Assembly: GCA_036004525.1 (NCBI GenBank)
Contig: DASYRJ010000017.1
Location: 3,853-67,852 of the forward strand
Reading direction: 5' to 3'
From: Gemmatimonadales bacterium
GTDB taxonomy: Bacteria > Gemmatimonadota > Gemmatimonadetes > Gemmatimonadales > GWC2-71-9
Length of the DNA: 64,000 nt
Shown: positions 57,570-64,000 of the stretch, piece after piece
Numbering within the stretch: position 1 is the first letter of the stretch
Layout: each line of letters starts with the position of its first letter
Program-made: the position numbers and the translations under genes
Notes under the pieces: model-generated
What the model was told of the DNA's origin: nothing
Database searches by the model: none
Seen by the model: the letters and a program-made list of their open reading frames with translations, nothing else

Positions 57570-59749
57570 GGACCTCGCCGCGCCACGAACAGCCGGCGCC
57601 GATAGCGCCGCCCGTCCACGTCCACCACCACGATGTAAGCGCCGTTCGCCACGTGCCGCGTGCCTCCGCCGAGCGTCAGGTCCCAAACATACTCGTTGGT
57701 GGGCGCCGGCACCGTGGCCAGATGCAGTCGCTCGCCGGTGAAGGCGTACACCACGACCCGCGCCACGCCGGTGCCGGCCGGCCACGAGATCACGACCTGG
57801 TCGCCGCGCACCGGATTCTCGGAGACCTCGGCTTCGCCCGGCCCGGCGAGCAGGTCGAACGCGGGTGTGGCGTCGGTCGCGAGCCCCACCGCGTCGAGCC
57901 ACCAGGCGAAGTTCTGCTCCGCGATGAATCGGACGCGAGCGCCCCGCCGCCCCGCCGCCTGCGGCAGGTCCACGCGCACCGGGTACCAGCCCGGCCCGTC
58001 GCCGGCGATCACCGCGACGTCGCTCCAACTGCTGCCGCTGTCGCCCGAGAACTGGATCCGGCCGCGTTGCGCGGGAGTGAACGTCGAGCCGCGGTGGCGC
58101 GTCCAGAGGTGCAGCCACACCGCGGTCCGGCCGCGCAGGTCGACGACGGGCGAGACGAGCGTGTCGTTCCCACCCACCGTGCTCCAGGCGAAGGCACCGG
58201 CCAACCGCACGGTGTCCCGCGTCCAGCCCGTCCAACCGGCGTCCAGCGGCTCGGCACCGGCGAGGAGAAGCAGCTCGGCGGCGACGCCCGTCCCGTCAGC
58301 CCGCAGCGCGCGCACCGTGTCGGTGCGGACGTCGGTGCGCCACACGGTGCGGATCGTGCCGCGCCGGAGCGAGTCGGTCTGGGCGCTCCGGAACGCCGGC
58401 GCGCCGGTGGCGGTGCGTAGCGTGAGCGAGAGCGGCCGCGGTGTCGCCTCGTCGAGGCTGAGCCACGCCTCGGGCCACAGCGACTCGAACCGCGGCGCCG
58501 CGGGCCGAAGCCCCGACGGCCCCTCCGCCGCGCGCAGGTCGCCCGCCGCCGCGATCAGCGCGATCGCGAACGGCAGATTGTCCCGGAACACACGCTCCAC
58601 GAGCGCACTGTCGTCGGGGAAGTCGAACCCGTAATACAGGCCGTTGACGCAGCAGCCGCTCGTCAGCTCGGTCGTGAACGCGATCGTACCGTGCGCGAGA
58701 TAGGCCCAGTCGGTGTACTCGCCGTTGGTGCGATACAGATTCCAACCGGGCCCGGGGTGATAATGCGCGTTGGGCGAGCCGGGAACGCTGTCCCAGACGG
58801 CGGGTGCGAGGTCGGTGCCGGCGAGCGCTTGATAGAGCGACAGATCGGGCGACAGCGCTCCTGGGCTGTAGCCGTACGGGTACAACTCCAAGCCGCTATA
58901 GCTGTGATACGACACTGCGACGACCGGGGGATGCGCCGCGTGGAACGCGATGACCGCCTGCGTCTCGGGCTCCGAAGCGGGCCCCGAGCCCCGGTAGATC
59001 TCGGTGACGGGCTGCGGGCTCGAGCCGACGTCGTCGAACCCCCAAAAGACGGGGTAATTGCGGTTCGGGTCCACGCCGTAGGTGCCGTCGCCGTTCGCGC
59101 GGCGATTCTTCCGCCAGAGGCGGTCGTCCGTGAAGGTGTACTGGTAGCCGTCGGGGTTTTCGACCGGAACGACCCACAGGTCGCGGGTGTCCCGCAGCGC
59201 CGGGGCGAGCGAGTCGGCGAGCCAGCGGATCAGCTTCATCGCCATCACCGTCGAGATCCACTCGCGCGCGTGATGGGTCGCCATGAACAGCACGTTGGGG
59301 CGCGCCGGGTCGTCCCCAGGTGGTCCCACCTTGACGGCGAGAATGGGCCGGCGTTCGACGGAGGCGCCGATCGAATCGAGCCGGATCGCCGTATCGGCCG
59401 CCGCCCACGCCTCGAGTGTGGCGCGGATGCCGGTGCCCGGTTTGTCGAAGGACTGATAGACCGTGAAGGTGTCGGCGGCGGCGGCGGCAGGCACCCACCC
59501 GATGGGGGGTGCGGCGGCGTAGCCGCGGCGCGCCAACAGCCCTTCGGTGCCGGGCCCGACGACGACGACGGCATAGAGCGCGCCGCCGATCGAGCGGACG
59601 TCAGCCACCTCGAAGCCCAGGGCGCCGAGCGAGTCCACGCCGGCGCGCCCGCCGATCGGCACCTGCACCACGCGAAGCTGGGCCGCCGCGGCAGTAGGGA
59701 CGGCGGCGAGGACGAGGAGCGCTAGAAGCCGAGGCGCGCGGCGAGCCAT
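57566..59749 (-). CDS. Secreted M14 zinc carboxypeptidase with a C-terminal Ig-like (T9SS-CTD/FlgD-like) domain
   Basis: Signal peptide; HAREW, NPDG, WRKNR, D.NRNY, SEPE, HSYS; C-terminal NPVR...VY...G...WD...G.Y. Confidence 0.85.
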   Translation of the reverse strand: MARRAPRLLALLVLAAVPTAAAAQLRVVQVPIGGRAGVDSLGALGFEVADVRSIGGALYAVVVVGPGTEGLLARRGYAAAPPIGWVPAAAAADTFTVYQSFDKPGTGIRATLEAWAAADTAIRLDSIGASVERRPILAVKVGPPGDDPARPNVLFMATHHAREWISTVMAMKLIRWLADSLAPALRDTRDLWVVPVENPDGYQYTFTDDRLWRKNRRANGDGTYGVDPNRNYPVFWGFDDVGSSPQPVTEIYRGSGPASEPETQAVIAFHAAHPPVVAVSYHSYSGLELYPYGYSPGALSPDLSLYQALAGTDLAPAVWDSVPGSPNAHYHPGPGWNLYRTNGEYTDWAYLAHGTIAFTTELTSGCCVNGLYYGFDFPDDSALVERVFRDNLPFAIALIAAAGDLRAAEGPSGLRPAAPRFESLWPEAWLSLDEATPRPLSLTLRTATGAPAFRSAQTDSLRRGTIRTVWRTDVRTDTVRALRADGTGVAAELLLLAGAEPLDAGWTGWTRDTVRLAGAFAWSTVGGNDTLVSPVVDLRGRTAVWLHLWTRHRGSTFTPAQRGRIQFSGDSGSSWSDVAVIAGDGPGWYPVRVDLPQAAGRRGARVRFIAEQNFAWWLDAVGLATDATPAFDLLAGPGEAEVSENPVRGDQVVISWPAGTGVARVVVYAFTGERLHLATVPAPTNEYVWDLTLGGGTRHVANGAYIVVVDVDGRRYRRRLFVARRGP

Positions 59750-60456
59750 GCGGGGGCGGGCAGGTACCCGCCGAGGACCAGGCCGAGCCATAGGAGCACG
59801 GCCGCGACCGGCGCCCACAGCACGACGAGGGGCCACACCGCTGGGCGCCAGCGGACCAGTGCTTCGAGCTCGGGGGCCCAGCGGCGGTGCTCCGCTTCGA
59901 CCTCCCCCTCGAGCGCCAACCACGCCGCCTCGAGGCGACGGCCTACCGTGCGGAGCGCTTCCTGCCAATCCGCCAGCGCCTCTTTGTCGAGCACCGACGC
60001 GTCGCGCACGCGCTCGGCGGCGGCCTCCAGATCGTCGAGCGCCGCAACGAACGCGGCCCCGCCCGTTCCGAGCCGCGCCGCGATGGCGCGCCGCTCCGCG
60101 CCCGCGAGGAGGTAACGGCGCAAGCGGCGGCGCGGGAGCCGCACCTGCCCGGCGGTGCGCCGGATCTCGGCGTCGAGGGCGTCGGCCACGCGCGCCGCGG
60201 CCCGCCGGACGGCGTGATCCCACGCCGCCGCCCACGCGCGCCGTCCCGTCACTTCGAGCACCACGTCGCGGTCTTCGCGCCCTCCCGCCGCCCGCCCCTC
60301 CCCGCCCAGCTCGAGCACCCGTGTGGCCAGCTCCTCGCGCACGTCGTCGAGCGGTACCCAGGGCGCCTGGCGGTGCCGCGGCACGATGACGCGGCCCAGC
60401 GACGGGGCCAGCTCCGGAACGCGGAGCGGCATCGGGAGCTTGAGCGGCGTGCTCAC
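59722..60456 (-). CDS. Hypothetical helical protein with a C-terminal TM segment
   Basis: GTGA coupling to the CYTH gene; hydrophobic C-terminus. Confidence 0.6.
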   Translation of the reverse strand: MSTPLKLPMPLRVPELAPSLGRVIVPRHRQAPWVPLDDVREELATRVLELGGEGRAAGGREDRDVVLEVTGRRAWAAAWDHAVRRAAARVADALDAEIRRTAGQVRLPRRRLRRYLLAGAERRAIAARLGTGGAAFVAALDDLEAAAERVRDASVLDKEALADWQEALRTVGRRLEAAWLALEGEVEAEHRRWAPELEALVRWRPAVWPLVVLWAPVAAVLLWLGLVLGGYLPAPAWLAARLGF

Positions 60457-61028
60457 GTGCGGCCTCGCGCGGTGCGGGCGGCGCGGCCCGTGCGCTGCTC
60501 GTACGCGGCGGTGAAATACGGGAGCGATTCGGGCAGGAAGGCGCCCCGCGGCAGTCCCATGACCGCGATGGCCCGCTCGATCGCGTCTGGCGCTCCCTCG
60601 ACCTCCGCCAGCACGTCCATGGCGGGGAACCATTCGAGGCGGACGGTGGCGTCGCCGACGCGGTACTGCTCGACCGCCCGATCGATGCGGCGCACGATCT
60701 TGTACCCGAGCCGACGCAGCACCACGAGCGTGGCCTGCGGGTCGTCCACCCGGGACTCCCACTCCTCGCGGTGTCGATAGGCGCCGCGCGTTCCCGCCGG
60801 ACCCTTCCAGCCCAGGACGCCCCACATCGCGGAGCCGTCCGCCGGTCGAAAGACGCGGAGGCGGACGACCTCGTCGCGCGCGTCCAGGCGTCCCTTCCGA
60901 TCGAACCGGCGATCGAGCATCGCTCCCCGGTACACGAGCCGCGCGTCCGCCGCGAGCAGCGCCTGCCGCAACGCCTCCGGATCTTCCACGCGCGCCTTCA
61001 GCTCCAGCTCGTCGCGCGACTCGTTCAT
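60453..61028 (-). CDS. CYTH (class IV adenylate cyclase-like) protein
   Basis: ELELK, RLR, KGP, EVEG. Confidence 0.8.
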   Translation of the reverse strand: MNESRDELELKARVEDPEALRQALLAADARLVYRGAMLDRRFDRKGRLDARDEVVRLRVFRPADGSAMWGVLGWKGPAGTRGAYRHREEWESRVDDPQATLVVLRRLGYKIVRRIDRAVEQYRVGDATVRLEWFPAMDVLAEVEGAPDAIERAIAVMGLPRGAFLPESLPYFTAAYEQRTGRAARTARGRT

Positions 61029-61726
61029 GCGAGCAGGGCGTGGAGCACGGCGGGCGTCTCCTGCAGGTGCTCGAACACGTGGGCCGCGCCGGCGGTGTGC
61101 AGCTGGGCGGCGGAGTAGAAGCCGGTGGCGACGGCGACGGCGCGCGCGCCGATCGGACGCCCGCACGCGACGTCGTCGGGCGTGTCGCCCACGATCACCA
61201 CGTCCGCCCCGGCGAACGTCCGGCCGGTGTGGCGGGCGGCGCGCTCCGCGGCGACCGCGGGCAGGTCGGCCCGGCGATGCGAGTCCGAGCCGAACGCCCC
61301 GACCTTGAAGCGGGCGGGGTCGAGACCCGCCGACCGCAGCTTCAGGGCGGCGCCATCGGCGAGGTTGCCCGTGAGGAGCCCGACGAGCGCCCGCCCGGCG
61401 GCTTCGTGCGGCTCGAGCGCCGCGAGCAGCTCCACCACACCCGGGAAGACCCGGGTCGCCTGCGTCGGCTTGGCAAGCTCGGCAGCGAGGAACACCACGT
61501 AGCGCCGGCACACCGCCGCGACGCGCTCGTCCGCCTCCGCCGCGGGATGGCCTGCCAACGTGAGCAGCTCCCGGACGATCTGCGGATCGGTCTTCCCGTC
61601 GAAGCGGTAGTCTTCGATCGGGCCGGCCGTGCCCGTTTCGTCGAGCAGGGCACGGTGGATCGCGCGGCGTCCCGCGCCGTCGGTCCAGAGAAGAGTGCCG
61701 TCGATGTCGAACAGGATCAGCTTCAT
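61025..61726 (-). CDS. HAD-superfamily phosphatase
   Basis: LFDIDGTL, GKTD, LTGN, VGDTP.D. Confidence 0.9.
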   Translation of the reverse strand: MKLILFDIDGTLLWTDGAGRRAIHRALLDETGTAGPIEDYRFDGKTDPQIVRELLTLAGHPAAEADERVAAVCRRYVVFLAAELAKPTQATRVFPGVVELLAALEPHEAAGRALVGLLTGNLADGAALKLRSAGLDPARFKVGAFGSDSHRRADLPAVAAERAARHTGRTFAGADVVIVGDTPDDVACGRPIGARAVAVATGFYSAAQLHTAGAAHVFEHLQETPAVLHALLA

Positions 61727-61748
61727 GCGAGGAATATCAGCGATCTCT

Positions 61749-61820
61749 CGGGTGTCGGGTATCGGGTATCGGGTGCCGGGTTTTGCACCACCCGACACCC
61801 GGCACCCGACACCCGGCACC
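61749..61820. repeat. TCGGGTR heptamer hairpin, intergenic
   Basis: cgggtgtcgggtatcgggtatcgggtgccgggt, loop, then acccgacacccggcacccgacacccggcacc. Confidence 0.88.
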
Positions 61821-61823
61821 GGT

Positions 61824-62885
61824 TCAAAGCCGCCGAACCCCAACCAGGCTCCCGGCCAGCCGCCGCATCCGCGGCTCGTTCCCGAAGAGGTCGTCGCTGC
61901 CGACGCCGCCCCGGGACAGCGCGGAATGCACGATCCGGCCGGCGCCCGCCCACAACGCGACGTGCGACACGCGCCCGCGCTCCACGAAGAACAGCAGGTC
62001 GCCCGCCTCGTAATTCGCGCCTTCGCCCGACAGAGGGACTTCCTCCCCTTGCGCGATTTGCAGGTCGCTGTCGCGCAGCAAACGGATCCCGCGCGCGGCG
62101 TACACCGCCTGAGTCAGCCCCGAGCAATCGATCCCCCACTCGGTGCGCCCGCCCCAGAGGTACGGCGCGCCGGCGTACCACCGCAACGCCAGTTCGGGGA
62201 GCGCGAGGTGGCGCGCCTCGGCGCGGAGCTCCGCCTCCGGCCGCACTGCGCCGCCCGCCACGGCGCCGGCCTCCCCGTTCGCCAGCTCGACGGCTCCCCC
62301 TCCTCCTCCTCCTCCCTTGCGGCCGCGCCGCAGCGCCAGCCGCGCCCCCGTCGGGAGCCGGCGCCGGCCGTCCGCGGTCTGGATCTCGGCGGCGAGCGAG
62401 CGCGCCGTGGCGCGCTCCGCCCAGTCGAGGGCCCACTCGGCCGGGCCCGTCGCCACGTAGCCCGCATGCAGCCAGGCGACGTACTCGTCCGGGGCGCGCA
62501 CGCGCAGCCAATCGTCGCGCCGCTCCAGGATTTCCAGGCACTCACCGTGTAACACCTCGCTCACCCGCGGTGCGCTGAGTGTCGGATCCCGCAGCAGCGG
62601 GGCGAGGGCCGCCGTGACTACCGCCGCCGCGTCCTGGCCGACCGTCGCGTCGGGGAGGAGACGCACCTCCTCGGCGATGCCGGCGTCGGTCGCGAAGCGC
62701 CGCAGGGCCTCCTGGGCCGAGCGGCTGGAGGTGACGCCGGTGAGGAGGGGCGCGGCAGGCCGTGCCTCTACATCACCGGCGCGTGCGCCCGCGTTGCCGG
62801 CGACGGTCACCTGAAACACGCCCAGCCGGTCATCCGGCACCCACTTCCGGCGGATGTCGTCGATCGCGCGCGCGACCTTGTCCAT
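61824..62885 (-). CDS. SH3 + NlpC/P60 (C40) peptidase, YkfC-like
   Basis: PYLWGG...GIDCSG, GDLLFF, HVAL; SH3-like W..V...D.Y..W. Confidence 0.85.
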   Translation of the reverse strand: MDKVARAIDDIRRKWVPDDRLGVFQVTVAGNAGARAGDVEARPAAPLLTGVTSSRSAQEALRRFATDAGIAEEVRLLPDATVGQDAAAVVTAALAPLLRDPTLSAPRVSEVLHGECLEILERRDDWLRVRAPDEYVAWLHAGYVATGPAEWALDWAERATARSLAAEIQTADGRRRLPTGARLALRRGRKGGGGGGGAVELANGEAGAVAGGAVRPEAELRAEARHLALPELALRWYAGAPYLWGGRTEWGIDCSGLTQAVYAARGIRLLRDSDLQIAQGEEVPLSGEGANYEAGDLLFFVERGRVSHVALWAGAGRIVHSALSRGGVGSDDLFGNEPRMRRLAGSLVGVRRL

Positions 62886-63814
62886 CAGCGCACCGCCCGC
62901 TCGACCGCTTCCGGCACGGCCAGCGCGGCCAGCGCTTCAGCCTGCAGCGGCGACGCCGCGGGGACGGCCGCGGTGCTGACCGCGAACACGACGTCGCCGT
63001 CGTACAGGGTGCCGTAGGGCGTGATGCGGCGGGCCAACGCGTCGCTTCCCGTCTGGGCGAGAGCCTCGAGCTGGACCCGGTCGAGCGCGGCGTTGGTGGC
63101 GATGACGGCGAGTGTGGTGTTGCGCACCAGGCGGCCGGGGTCGCCAAAAGGAGCCCCACCCTCGGCGAGGAACCGCAGGGAGTCGAGGAAGCGGCCGCCC
63201 TCCCCGCGCGCGCCGGCGATGATCTCGCCGCGGCCGTCGCGCACGTCACCCACGGCGTTCACCACGACCAGCGCGCCGACGACGACCGCACCGGCGCGCG
63301 CGCCGGAGGTGCCGAGGCCCGCCTTCATCATCTTGTCGAGACCCGCCGCCTTCCCGACGGTGGCGCCGGTCCCCGCGCCGACGCTCCCCTCGGCGACGTC
63401 GCTGCCGGCGGCTTCGCAGGCCCGGTAGGCATCGTCCGGGCTGGGCCAGCCGACCGGCTTGCCGGTGTTGCCGAGATCGAAGAGCACCGCCGTCGGCACG
63501 ATGGGCACGGTGCCCGCCGGGCCGACCGGGAGTCCGCGGCCGCGCTCGCGCAGCCAGCGCATCACGCCGTCGGCCGCGCCGAGTCCGTACGCGGAGCCGC
63601 CGGTCAGCAGGATCGCGTCCACGCGCTCCACGATGTGCCGGGGACTGAGCGCGTCGATCTCGCGCGTTCCCGTGGCGCGGCCGCGGACCGCCACCGCCGC
63701 CCGCAGGCCCGCCGCCGGGCCGAGCACGACGGTGCAGCCCGTGCCGTGGGCGGGAACGGTGGCGTGTCCCACGGTGATCCCGGGGACGGCGGCGAGCGTG
63801 AGGTGCGCGGTCAT
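62885..63814 (-). CDS. P1/S58 (DmpA-like) peptidase
   Basis: G..VGH, TGCTV, GTRE, LTGGSAYGL, GAGTGA, NTTL, DGD. Confidence 0.88.
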   Translation of the reverse strand: MTAHLTLAAVPGITVGHATVPAHGTGCTVVLGPAAGLRAAVAVRGRATGTREIDALSPRHIVERVDAILLTGGSAYGLGAADGVMRWLRERGRGLPVGPAGTVPIVPTAVLFDLGNTGKPVGWPSPDDAYRACEAAGSDVAEGSVGAGTGATVGKAAGLDKMMKAGLGTSGARAGAVVVGALVVVNAVGDVRDGRGEIIAGARGEGGRFLDSLRFLAEGGAPFGDPGRLVRNTTLAVIATNAALDRVQLEALAQTGSDALARRITPYGTLYDGDVVFAVSTAAVPAASPLQAEALAALAVPEAVERAVR

Positions 63815-63873
63815 CGACGCGCGAAGATACCTCCGCTTGCTGGCGTTGTGGAGTGCGCGTAACGTTCACGGCC

Positions 63874-64000
63874 ATGGCCGACAACGAGCGCACGACCGTG
63901 CTGGTGGTGGACGACGAGGACGGGATCCGGCAGGCGCTGGAGCGGTTCCTGACGCGTCTCGGCTATCGCGTGTCCCTGGCGGCGGACGCGAACCAGGCAC
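63874..64000 (+). CDS. Response regulator receiver domain (partial, runs off the window)
   Basis: MADNERTTVLVVDDEDGIRQAL..FL...GY.V. Confidence 0.8.
   Translation, partial: MADNERTTVLVVDDEDGIRQALERFLTRLGYRVSLAADANQA

Overview
High-GC bacterial chromosomal window. Gene content and order suggest the FCB group, most likely Gemmatimonadota (inference). It holds about 60 densely packed CDSs and no rRNA, tRNA, CRISPR array or intact transposase that I could see. Blocks: (1) 1-17.1 kb, a periplasmic glycoside oxidation (3-keto) catabolic cluster with 2 GMC flavoproteins plus Tat subunits, 2 TIM-barrel isomerase/lyases, 2 Gfo/Idh/MocA, 2 DUF1080, GH20, an S9 peptidase and an MFS transporter. (2) argR, amidohydrolase, class A PBP, tyrS, DinB. 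(3) 25.9-37.5 kb, an envelope glycolipid/LPS locus with a patatin-ferredoxin fusion, GT4/GT2/GT9, an MsbA-like exporter and a PorX-like regulator. (4) A DnaB paralogue lacking its N-terminus. (5) The housekeeping run yebC-ruvCAB-queA-[Uma2 insert]-tgt-yajC-def-fmt-thiE-thiS-thiG-rsmB-PASTA-rpe-TlpA-YbbR-tsaD-lgt. (6) cytC-FTR1, acpS, M14 peptidase, CYTH, HAD, NlpC/P60, P1 peptidase. The most unusual signal is outside the gene list: about 20 short elements built from tandem 7-10 nt units. Many are followed by an inverted copy forming long hairpins, and the unit sequence differs between families. They abut TAG stop codons or sit in frame inside housekeeping genes (tgt, rsmB, amidohydrolase, thiE, tsaD), and some coincide with sharp patches of A/T-ending synonymous codons. 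Also seen: a second, REPIN-like nested-palindrome family, widespread TANNNT hexamers 5-9 nt before start codons (probable leaderless mRNAs), and probable non-canonical starts (ATT, ATC, CTG). All calls come from reading the sequence by eye; no searches were run.
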